A stretch of 64,000 nucleotides of DNA, from positions 1,783,462 through 1,847,461 of the forward strand of contig OY970289.1 of assembly GCA_963716135.1 (NCBI GenBank), given 5' to 3'. Under the pieces are notes generated by a model. It was not told the origin of the DNA and searched no databases. It was given only the letters and a program-made list of their open reading frames with translations. A program made the translations under genes and the position numbers. Shown in pieces: positions 19,233 to 28,728 of the stretch. Every line of letters begins with the position of its first letter. Position 1 is the stretch's first letter. This DNA is from Pirellulales bacterium. GTDB taxonomy: Bacteria > Planctomycetota > Planctomycetia > Pirellulales > JADZDJ01.

Positions 19233-19915
19233 TGGACCGTCGCGGCCGTGGCCGCCGTCACTTCGTTAATGTGTTCCAGATTTTCTACGCGCTGAAATTG
19301 CCCAGAGACTTCCGGCGTATGCGTTACAAGGACCAGTGCCACGTTTTCTTCGCGGCACGTTTCGCAAATCAGATCGACCACTTGCTGCTGATGCCGCGTG
19401 TCGATGTTCGCCGTGGGCTCGTCGGCCAACAGCAGCTTCGGCTTGTTCGCCAGCGCCCGCGCCACCGCCACGCGCTGCTGTTCGCCGACGGATAGCTGCG
19501 TGGGCTTATGATGGAATCGATGCCCCAATCCCACGCGCTCCAACAGGTGTTTCGCTCGATCGGGCCTCACCCGCCCCGTGGCGAACGACATTCCCAGCAG
19601 TACATTTTCCAACGCCGAAAACGCCGGCAGTAGATTGAATGTCTGAAATATGTAGCCGATCTTGTCGGCCCGAAACCGGTCGCGCCCCGCCTCGGGCAAG
19701 CGCGTAATTTCCACGCCGTCGATGCGAATCGAGCCTTCATCAGGCCGGCTAATGCCGGCGATCAAATGCAGTAATGTTGTCTTGCCCGATCCGCTGCGGC
19801 CGATCAGCACCATTTGCTCGCCGGCGGCGACGTAAAACTTTCGCACGTTGAGAATCGGCAGCCGCGAACCCCCCGGCTCGATGAACGACTTTTTAACGTT
19901 TTCCAGCGTAAGCAT
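19229..19915 (-). CDS. ABC transporter ATP-binding protein (LolD/MacB-like)
   Basis: The track ORF is trimmed to ATG comp. 19913-19915. It has Walker A 'GRSGSGKTT', signature 'LSVGEQQR' and Walker B 'LLLADEPT'. Confidence 0.92.
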   Translation of the reverse strand: MLTLENVKKSFIEPGGSRLPILNVRKFYVAAGEQMVLIGRSGSGKTTLLHLIAGISRPDEGSIRIDGVEITRLPEAGRDRFRADKIGYIFQTFNLLPAFSALENVLLGMSFATGRVRPDRAKHLLERVGLGHRFHHKPTQLSVGEQQRVAVARALANKPKLLLADEPTANIDTRHQQQVVDLICETCREENVALVLVTHTPEVSGQFQRVENLEHINEVTAATAATVQ

Positions 19916-20320
19916 CGAGAGGCCAGAGTGGATCGAAGGTGGGATCGGCGGGCGAGAACCAACGGCAAGCCGCATCGGGTGCGACAGGCAAGATCGCTTA
20001 CTGATGGTATATCCGGCGGCGGTTCTTCATGCAATCCAATTGCATGACGGGCCCGGTCCCCGCGCTGCCTCCTTGTCGCTTAACAAGTCGCCCGATCCGC
20101 CTCAAGTCTTGCGATGATAACTTGTTACAATACCAAGACAAAGATCAACCTGGCGTGCAGCTCCTTCCCCTAAAATACGCGGCCGGCGCCGTCGTGGTTC
20201 AACTTACGCCGCCAACTCAAATTCCAGACGGATGGCCACTGACGGATTTCAAAACCCACCGTACAATGCGACACCTTAAACGCTGACCAATCGGCGCCGG
20301 CTCGTTGCGGAGTTCTTAGC

Positions 20321-21902
20321 ATGGCCCAAATGCTCGATCTTTCCCGGCATGAAATCGACGCGGAGTTCGCCGTGCTCAATGCGCCCCCGGCGCCGCTCTA
20401 TGAAGACGCCGTCATTCTCGAGCACGCCGCCATCGCCGACAGCGGCGCGCTGATCATCCGCTCCGGCAAGAAAACCGGCCGCAGTCCGCTGGATAAACGC
20501 ATCGTCGATAATCCCGACAGCTCCGGCAGCGTGTGGTGGGGTCCGGTGAACATCAAGCTCGACGAGCACAGTCTTCGTCATCAATCGCCAACGCGCCATC
20601 GACTACCTGAACACCCGCGAACAACTTTACGTGGTCGATGGCTTCGCCGGCTGGGATCCTCAATACCGCATCAAGGTGCGAGTCATCTGCGCCCGGGCCT
20701 ACCACGCCCTGTTCATGCACAACATGCTCATTCGCCCTACGCCCGACGAGATGGCCACCTTCGGCGATCCCGATTACGTGATCTACAACGCCGGCCAGTT
20801 TCCCGCCAATCCGCACACGCAGCAGATGACCTCGCGCACCAGCATCGATATCAGCCTGGAACGCCGCGAGATGGTCATCCTGGGCACCGAATACGCCGGC
20901 GAAATGAAAAAGGGCGTGTTCACGCTGATGCACTACGTGATGCCCGGCCGCGGCGTGCTCTCCATGCATTGCAGCGCGAACGAAGGAGATGCCGGCGACG
21001 TGTCGCTGTTCTTCGGCCTATCGGGTACCGGCAAAACCACGCTCTCCGCCGACCCGCGGCGGCGGCTGATCGGCGACGACGAACATTGCTGGAGCGACGA
21101 AGGCATTTTCAACATCGAAGGCGGCTGCTACGCCAAGTGCATCAATCTCACGCGCAATAGCGAACCCGAAATCTACGACGCCATCCGCTTCGGCACCGTG
21201 CTGGAAAACGTCGTCTACGACGAGGAATCGCGCGCCGTCGATTTCGACGAGCGCCGCCATCACCGAAAACACCCGCGCCGCCTATCCGATCGAATATATC
21301 GCCAACGCCAAGGTGCCGTGCGTCGGCGGCCATCCGCGCAACATTATTTTTCTCACTTGCGATGCCTTCGGCGTGATTCCGCCGGTCAGCCGACTGACCC
21401 CCGAGCAGGCGATGTATCACTTCCTCAGCGGCTACACAGCCCGTGTGGCGGGCACGGAAGAGGGCGTCAAGGAGCCGCAGGTGGCTTTTTCCGCCTGCTA
21501 TAGCGCCGCCTTCCTGGTGCGACATCCCACGGTCTATGCGCAACATGCTGGCCGATCGACTGCGGGTTCATCACGACGCAAGCCTGGCTGGTGAACACCG
21601 GTTGGTCCGGCGGCGCAGTCGGCGCCGGCTCGCGCATCAAGCTGGCCTACACCCGCGCGATCATCGATGCCATTCACAACGGCACGCTCGGCGATGCTCC
21701 CACCCAGCGCGATGCCTATTTCAAGCTCGATTACTGCACCCGTTGCCCGAGCGTGCCCGATTCCATTTTGCAGCCGGCCGGCACATGGAAAGATCGGGCG
21801 GCCTACGAAGCCACGGCGAAAAAACTCGCCGGGTTGTTCCGCGAAAACTTCGCCAAGTATGCCGCCGACGCCGGCAAGGAAACTCAGTCCGCCGGCCCTT
21901 AG
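20321..21902 (+). pseudogene. pckA: Phosphoenolpyruvate carboxykinase (ATP), reading frame broken four times
   Basis: Conserved PckA sequence is spread over frames 2>0>1>2>0. The pieces are: 'MAQMLDLS...[16 protein letters not shown]' | '[37 protein letters not shown]...[42 protein letters not shown]...VDFDE' | '[48 protein letters not shown]...[10 protein letters not shown]' | '[12 protein letters not shown]' | '[31 protein letters not shown]...'. The breaks fall at ~20572, ~21250, ~21543 and ~21582. Confidence 0.9.
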
Positions 21903-21931
21903 GCTGCTTAAAGCGCGTAGCTCTGACCGCC

Positions 21932-22033
21932 GGGTGGCACTGACGCCGGGTGGCACTGACAAGCGCGGCGCTTGTCAGTGGATGCGTTGAGCTCAGCGCG
22001 CCAACACTGACAAACAAGGTTTGTCAGTGCCAC
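21932..22033. repeat. Double-hairpin element with terminal inverted repeats, family C (GGTGGCACTGACAA...TTGTCAGTGCCAC)
   Basis: Hairpin 1 is CACTGACAAGCGC/GCGCTTGTCAGTG and hairpin 2 is CACTGACAAAC/GTTTGTCAGTG. The outer ends are mutually complementary. It lies between the convergent pckA and xfp stops. A near-identical copy lies at 32118-32195. Confidence 0.7.
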
Positions 22034-22040
22034 ACAGCCA

Positions 22041-24440
22041 TCAAGTCGCGGTCGTCGACATCCCCGCCGCGCTGTATTTACCCCAGCGCCATTCGCGCAC
22101 CTCCGGCATGTCGTCGCCGTGGGTGCGGATATAGTTTTCGTGATCCACCAGCTTGTCGCGCAGCGATTGTTTTAGATAAGCGGCGCGGGGACCGAGCTTC
22201 GGCACGCGATCGATCACGTCGCCGACCAAATGAAATCGATCCAGATCGTTGCGCACCGTCATGTCGAACGGCGTGGTCGTGGTTCCCTCCTCCTTATAAC
22301 CGCGCACGTGCAAGTGGTTGTGGTTGTGGCGGCGATACGCCAGCACGTGAATCAGCGATGGATAACCGTGGAAGGCAAACACGGTCGGCGTGTTGGGCGG
22401 AAACAAAGCGTCGAATTCCGCGTCCGGCAGCCCATGCGGATGTTCGCTGGGCGGCTGCAAACGCATTAAGTCCACCACGTTGATCACCCGTACTTTCAAA
22501 TCCGGCAATTCGCGCCGCATCAAATCGACCGCCGCCAGCGTTTCCAACGTGGGCACGTCGCCGCAGCAAGCCATCACCACGTCGGGCTCGCCGTGCTGAT
22601 CGTTCGAGGCCCAATCCCAAATGCCGATCCCTTCGGTGCAATGCTTCACGGCCTGATCCATCGAGAGCCACTGCGGCGAAGGCTGCTTGCCCGCCACGAT
22701 CACGTTCACGTAGTTGCGGCTGCGCAGGCAATGGTCGGTCACGCTCAGCAGGCAATTCGCATCCGGCGGCAGATACACACGAATCACATCCGCCTTCTTG
22801 TTCACGACGTGATCGATAAAGCCGGGATCCTGATGCGAAAACCCGTTGTGATCTTGCCGCCACACGTGTGACGACAGCAGATAGTTGAGCGAGGCGATCG
22901 GCCGCCGCCAGGGAATATCGCGCGTCACCTTCAACCACTTGGCATGTTGGTTGAACATGGAGTCGATAATGTGGATAAACGCCTCGTAGCACGAGAAAAA
23001 CCCGTGCCGCCCGGTGAGCAAATACCCTTCCAGCCAGCCTTCGCACTGATGCTCGCTGAGCATCTCCATCACGCGGCCGTCGGCGGCCACGTGGTCGTCG
23101 CTGGGCAGAATCTCCGCCGTCGAACACCGGCTGGTTTCTTCAAACACGGCGCTCCAGCGGTTCGAATTCGTCTCATCGGGGCTGAACACGCGGAAATTGC
23201 GATTCTCGCGATTGGCCCGCAGCACGTCGCGAATCAATTCGCCTTGCACCCGCGTGGCTTCGGCATCCACCGCCCCGGGGCGCGGCACTTCGACCGCGTA
23301 ATCGTGGAAATCCGGCATCCGCAAATCGCGCAGCAAAATGCCGCCGTTAGCATACGGATTGGCCCCCATCCGCCGTTCGCCATCCGGCGCCAGCGCCGCC
23401 AGCTCCGGCCGCAGCCGCCCACGGTCGTCAAACAATTCCTCCGGCTTGTAGCTGCGCATCCATTGTTCCAATATTTTCACGTGCTCGGGCTTATTCATCT
23501 CGGCCAGCGGCACCTGATGCGCGCGGAATGTTCCCTCGATCTGTTTGCCGTCGACTTCTTTCGGCCCCGTCCAGCCCTTGGGCGAGACCAGCACGATCAT
23601 CGGCCAGCGCGGCCGCTTTCTAAATCCCTCCGAGCGCGCCTGCTTTTGGATGTGCCGAATTTCCGCCAGCACTTTATCCAGCGTGGCCGCCATTTGCTGG
23701 TGCATCACCAGCGGATCGTCCCCCTCGACAATGTGCGGCGCATAACCGTAGCCGCGCAGCAACTCGTTCAACTCTTCGCGGCTAATTCTGGCCAGCACCG
23801 TCGGCCCGGCGATTTTGTAGCCGTTCAAGTGCAAAATCGGCAGCACTGCGCCGTCGGTCGCCGGATTCAAAAACTTGTTCGAGTGCCACGAGGTGGCCAG
23901 CGGGCCGGTTTCCGCCTCGCCGTCGCCAATTACGCAGGCCGCAATCAGATCGGGATGATCGAACACGGCGCCGTGCGCGTGCGAAAGGGAATATCCCAGC
24001 TCGCCCCCTTCATGAATCGAGCCGGGAGTTTCCGCCGCCGTGTGGCTGGGAATGCCCCCGGGAAACGAAAACTGTGTGAACAGCCGCTTCATGCCGGCTT
24101 CGTCCTGCGACACGTTCGGATAGTACTCGCTGTACGTCCCCTCCAGATACACGTTGGCCACGATCGCCGGCGCCCCATGCCCCGGTCCGGTGACGTAGAG
24201 CATGTTCAAATGGTGCTGTTTGATCGCGCGATTCAAATGCACGTAGATGAAATTCAATCCGGGCGAAGTGCCCCAGTGCCCCAGCAACCGCGGCTTGATG
24301 TGCTTCCGCTCCAGCGGCTTCTTCAACAGCGGATTATCCATCAAGTAAATCTGACCGACCGCCAGGTAATTGGCCGCATGCCAATAGGCGTTCATTTTTG
24401 TCAACAGATCGGGCGAAAGAGGCGATTCCATGGAAGTCAC
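22041..24440 (-). CDS. xfp: Xylulose-5-phosphate/fructose-6-phosphate phosphoketolase
   Basis: 799-aa intact ORF. '[28 protein letters not shown]...[23 protein letters not shown]...[10 protein letters not shown]...[12 protein letters not shown]' is canonical XFP. The GTG start (24438-24440) overlaps the ackA stop (GTGA). An alternative ATG lies 9 nt downstream. Confidence 0.95.
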   Translation of the reverse strand: MTSMESPLSPDLLTKMNAYWHAANYLAVGQIYLMDNPLLKKPLERKHIKPRLLGHWGTSPGLNFIYVHLNRAIKQHHLNMLYVTGPGHGAPAIVANVYLEGTYSEYYPNVSQDEAGMKRLFTQFSFPGGIPSHTAAETPGSIHEGGELGYSLSHAHGAVFDHPDLIAACVIGDGEAETGPLATSWHSNKFLNPATDGAVLPILHLNGYKIAGPTVLARISREELNELLRGYGYAPHIVEGDDPLVMHQQMAATLDKVLAEIRHIQKQARSEGFRKRPRWPMIVLVSPKGWTGPKEVDGKQIEGTFRAHQVPLAEMNKPEHVKILEQWMRSYKPEELFDDRGRLRPELAALAPDGERRMGANPYANGGILLRDLRMPDFHDYAVEVPRPGAVDAEATRVQGELIRDVLRANRENRNFRVFSPDETNSNRWSAVFEETSRCSTAEILPSDDHVAADGRVMEMLSEHQCEGWLEGYLLTGRHGFFSCYEAFIHIIDSMFNQHAKWLKVTRDIPWRRPIASLNYLLSSHVWRQDHNGFSHQDPGFIDHVVNKKADVIRVYLPPDANCLLSVTDHCLRSRNYVNVIVAGKQPSPQWLSMDQAVKHCTEGIGIWDWASNDQHGEPDVVMACCGDVPTLETLAAVDLMRRELPDLKVRVINVVDLMRLQPPSEHPHGLPDAEFDALFPPNTPTVFAFHGYPSLIHVLAYRRHNHNHLHVRGYKEEGTTTTPFDMTVRNDLDRFHLVGDVIDRVPKLGPRAAYLKQSLRDKLVDHENYIRTHGDDMPEVREWRWGKYSAAGMSTTAT

Positions 24441-25559
24441 CTGTTCTGATTGCCTAGAAGATCGACCGCCGATTGCGCGATCACTTGTTCTTCATCCGTC
24501 GGAATGACCCACACGGTCACGCCGGCCTCGGCGCGGGAAATCGTTTGCGCCGACTTATTGTTCTGTTCATCATCCAAACTGATGCCCAGGAACTGCAAGC
24601 CCGTGCAAATCCGATACCTTATCTCGGCGCATGTTCGCCGATGCCGCCGCTAAACACCAGCGTTTCGATCCCGTTCATCGCGGCGGCCAAAGCGCCGATC
24701 GCTTTGCGTATCTGATAACAATAAAGATCAATGGCTTCCGCCGCCCGCACGTCGCTTGCCTGGCGCGCCATGAGGTCGCGCATGTCAGAGCTGGTTTCCG
24801 AAATGCCCAATAGTCCCGATTCGTGGTTCACCATCTGCTGGAATCGCGCGGGCGTCATCTTTTCGCTGCGCGCAGATAATCCACCAGGCCCGGGTCCAGA
24901 TCGCCGCTGCGCGTGCCCATCGGCACACCCGAGGCCGGCGTGAAGCCCATGGTGGTGTCGATGCTCTTGCCCCCCTGCACTGCCGCCAAACTCGAGCCGC
25001 TGCCCAAATGCGCCAGCACCACGTGCCCCCCCGCCGCTTTCGCGCCGGCGAGTCGCGCCAACTCTTGCATCAAATACGTGTACGACAACCCATGAAAGCC
25101 GTACCGTCGCACGCCTTGAGCATGGTATCGCCGCGGAATCGCCAACCACTGCGCCACCCGCGGCAGGTGTTCGTGGAACGCGGTATCGAAGCAAACCACT
25201 TGCTTCCACTGCGGCTGCTTCTTTTTCACGGCCTCGATCAGCGCGATTTCCCGCGGCAAATGATCCGGGTCCAAAAGTGCAAGCTGCCGCAACTCGGACA
25301 GAAGCTCCTCGGTGACCATCGCCGGGGCAAAGTGCCGCGGTCCCCCATGCACCAGCCGATGCCCCACGGCTGAAATCTCTTGATCGCCCACTTTCTCCTC
25401 CACGGCTCGCAAGAGGTCTAAAGCCGAGTCGTTGGATTCAACCCGATCGATGGCCCCCGAGCGAATTCGCGTCAGCCCCGATTCCGCCACAAAGACCGCG
25501 AATTTGATGCTCGAAGAGCCGGCGTTGAGCGTTAGAATTCGTTTCGTCGCGTCGCTCAT
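24437..25559 (-). pseudogene. ackA: Acetate kinase, reading frame broken twice
   Basis: The pieces are: 'MSDATKRILTLNAGSSSIKFAVF...VGHRLVHGG...VCFDTAFH...RRYGFHGLSYTY...AHLGSGSSLAAVQGGKSIDTTMGFTPASGVPMGTRSGDLDPGLVDYL' | 'ARSEKMTPARFQQMVNHESGLLGISETSSDMRDL...ETLVFSGGIGEHAP' | 'EIRYRICTGLQFLGISLDDEQN...[14 protein letters not shown]'. The breaks fall at ~24865-24875 and ~24623-24627. Confidence 0.88.
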
Positions 25560-25606
25560 GCGCGCAATGTATCAGACTTCGATTCGCCGTCACAAGAACC
25601 AACCCC

Positions 25607-26978
25607 ATGCCTCGTTCGCCCATCGACCTTCGTGCCGACGCCCTCCGCATCTGGCAAGCGGGGTTAGCAGCCGTCCGCTCCGAGCGGTTGATGTCGGCTC
25701 ATGTTCGCCTGGACGCGGGAAAGTTAATCATCGGCACAAATTCGCCGGAAATCATCGATCTGATGAACTTCCGGCGGATTGCCGTAGTCGGAGCCGGCAA
25801 AGCCGGGGCTGGAATGGCCGCGGCGCTGGAAGAGATTCTCGGCCCGAAGCTCATGGCGGAAAAACAGCTAAGCGGCTGGGTAAACGTGCCGGCCGATTGC
25901 GTGCGAAAACTGCAGCGAATTCACCTGCACGCAGCGCGGCCACCGATCGCCAATGAACCTTCGTCCGAAGGCATCGCTGGTGCCGAAGAAATCCTGCGCA
26001 TCGTTTCCTCGCTGGGTCCGGACGATCTGTGCGTCGTGCTGGTTTCCGGCGGCGGCACCGTGCTGCTGCCCGCGCCGATCGAAGGCATCGCTCTGTCCGA
26101 CCTCGTCGCTGTCACACGATTCCTCAGCGCCGCCGGCGCCGACATCCGCCAACTCAATACCGTGCGCAAACAACTCAGCCGGATCATTGGCGGCGGCTTG
26201 GCCCGAGCCTGCGCGGCCGGCCGCCTGGTGACGCTCGTCATTTCCGACGTACTGGGCGACCCGCTGGATTTGATCGGTTCTGGACCGACCGTGCCCGATT
26301 CATCCACGCCGCAACAATCGCTCGGCATCCTGAAACATTTCGATCCGCAGAGTCAATCTATTCCGGCACCAGTCCTCGAAGTTCTGCGCAAAAATCAGTG
26401 AGGCCAACATTCCTCATTCCCCGCTCCCCATTCCACATTTGTCTCATCACGTGATCGGCAACAACGCCACGGCGGTGGAAGCCGGTGCCCACGAAGCCGA
26501 ACGTTTAGGTTACCAAGTCACCACCGCCTGCGCTCAAAAGTTGGAGGGCGAAGTGGAACCAATTGGCCGCCATTTGGCCGACATGGCCGCGCACTTGCGC
26601 TGCACGCCCGGCGCCAAATGCTTCATCAGCGGCGGCGAAGGCACGGTGAAACTGGCTCCCGAGCACGAACGTGGGCTGGGCGGCCGCAATCAGCAGACGA
26701 TCCTGGCGGCCCTAGGGCGCCTGATTGAAAGTGACCCGCGCGGCATCGCAATTCTCTCCGGCGGCACCGATGGCGAAGATGGTCCGACCGACGCCGCCGG
26801 CGCATTGGTCGATGCCGCGGTGATTCGGCGGGCGCAGCAATTGAATTTAGATCCCGCTGATTTCCTCCGCCGCAACGACGCTTACCATTTCTTCGAGCCG
26901 CTGGGCGCGCTGATCAAAACCGGCCCCACCAACACCAATGTCTGCGACGTGCGCGTGGTGGTTACCGCCGGCGCATAA
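25607..26978 (+). pseudogene. Glycerate 2-kinase / hydroxypyruvate reductase-like (DUF4147 + MOFRL), one frame break (~26396-26400)
   Basis: The N-domain has 'RIAVVGAGKAGAGMAAALEEIL...VVLVSGGGTVLLPAP...LNTVRKQLSRIIGGGLA...VISDVLGDPLDLIGSGPT'. The MOFRL domain has 'FISGGEGTVKL...GGRNQQTILAAL...ILSGGTDGEDGPTDAAGALVD...TGPTNTNVCDVRVV'. The in-frame TGA at 26399-26401 is bypassed by removing one nt ('..RKNQ|EANIPHSPLP..'). Confidence 0.85.
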
Positions 26979-27032
26979 AAAAACCGGCGATTGCATCGCC
27001 GGCTTTGTAGTTGCTGAACCCCGAACCCTTGT

Positions 27033-28470
27033 CTAGTCCCACCACCACTGATCCTTCCGCAGGTTCTTCAGATCGACGTCTTCCCGCGCCTTTTCGACCT
27101 TCCCATCTTCGTCGCGCAACAGGTTCGATTCCCGCAGCGCCATTCTCGGTTCGATGTGCACGCCGCCGCCGATCGGCGTCATGAGCGTGCTGCCTTTGAA
27201 CACGCTGGTCACGGCCGATTCGACTTGCTGCGGTGCCGTGAGCGTTTTCACCGAGTACACATCCTCGTCGCCGAAGGGCATCTTCCAGCCGGCCTTGTCG
27301 TAATAGTCTTTTTCCTGAATGAACGCGGCCACGACTGCCAGGTCGATGCAGTTGCGCAACTGCGAGTACACCGGAATCACATTGGCCAGTTCCGAATATT
27401 TCTTCGTGAACGCTTCGGTGAAAGCGCGGCTGGCGGCGTCGATGGCGCTCGATTTCACGCGCGAGCCGTCGGCCGACACAATTTCGTCGGCGTTCACCAG
27501 CTTCACGCCGTTGCCGACCATCTCCATTGCCAGGCCGTCGGCCGTTTCGCGCACGCACTCATAGTCGGGCACAAAGTACCAGCGCTGCACGCGCGTTGCG
27601 GCTGACCATGCGCGGATTCGCGCGATCGACGTAGCTGGCCAACTGCTTCACCGGCGGCCTTTCCAGACCGATGCCGATCAGTTTCATGCGATAGTCGGCT
27701 TCGACCAGGACCTGGGCGAAGTGCGTCGAGGCAGGCACGCCGGTGATGCGCACCGTTTGCAATCCCAGGCTTTCCTTCAAGCCGCTAACAATTTCTTGAG
27801 TTTGACTTTGCGCGGTGGCGGCCGAAAGGCGCGAACCGGTTTGCTTGAGGAAATCCTGCATCCGCTGCAAGCCCTCCTTGGTCGGGTCGATCGAGCAACT
27901 GATCACCGGCGTATCGTTTTTGCCCCCCGGCGGAAACGCGCGCAGCGCGGTTACCAAATCGTCCAATTGCACCACAGGCTTCCCGCTATTCAGCCCGCGC
28001 ACGCGCCCCGATAAGTCTGCCGCCCAGCCTTCCGCGGGTCCCGCAATTACAATGTCCTTCGTGTCCGGGTAATAAAACACATATTGCACCCGGGTCAGCC
28101 CGGCCAGGTTTTTCATTTCGTCGGTCGGTTTTTCGCCGGCTTGCAATTTGTCGCGCAGCGCCGCGTCGAGGCGAGTCAGCGAAATCTTTCGCATCGGGCT
28201 GGGCTTGGCGAGCTTCGGATTCAACTGCGCCTTGGCGGCCGCCATCCGCTGCCACATCAACTGGCCCGATTGATCCATGTAGATCTGCGTGCGCAGAACG
28301 CCGTCGGGATCGACCATCACACCGGCGATGGGCGTCGTGGAAGTTACGACAGTTGTGACCGTAGTGCCGGTGGTGGTTGTCTGAGCCTGGGCCAGAACCG
28401 CGCCCAGCGCCAGAAACGTCAGAATGAGCCACAAACGAACGGCATAAACAAACAAGCGGTGCGGAGCCAT
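27033..28470 (-). pseudogene. DUF1598-family secreted protein, one frame break (~27589-27594)
   Basis: ATG comp. 28468-28470 has AGGAG upstream. Signal peptide is 'MAPHRLFVYAVRLWLILTFLALGAVLAQA'. The sequence continues across frames as '...YVDRANPRMVSRNA|VQRWYFVPDYECVRETADGLAMEM...'. The C-terminus is '...KNLRKDQWWWD'. Confidence 0.75.
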
Positions 28471-28728
28471 GAACCGAATTCTCCTGGTGCCTTCCCGCGT
28501 CGGTGTCCGGTACGCTCCCACCCCTGTTTCGCGCAAGTTGCACATCACCGCGGTGGGAGCGCGGGTTTGACGATGTAAAAGGATAGGTTTTTGATGACCC
28601 CTATCCCGGAAGATTTAAGTCTAATAACGGGAAAATGGTAAAGCAAGAAATGTGGGGGTTTTACGGCGTTTTTTGAAGCCCTGGACCGGTACCCCCTGCG
28701 GTTTTGGCGCTGAAGCTATGATTGAGAA

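Noticed and set aside
22944-24449. 501-aa + ORF, and similar long antisense ORFs (1796..2659, 30197..31123 -, 46867..48048 +, 47865..48779 +, 52273..53298 -, 58845..59807 -, 60033..60791 -, 54674..55465 -)
   Set aside because: All lie opposite strongly conserved genes (xfp, groEL, lepA, ygiQ, HEAT protein, LLM oxidoreductase, hydrolase, sigma54 activator). They have the R/G/P/H-rich composition typical of shadow ORFs in high-GC DNA.
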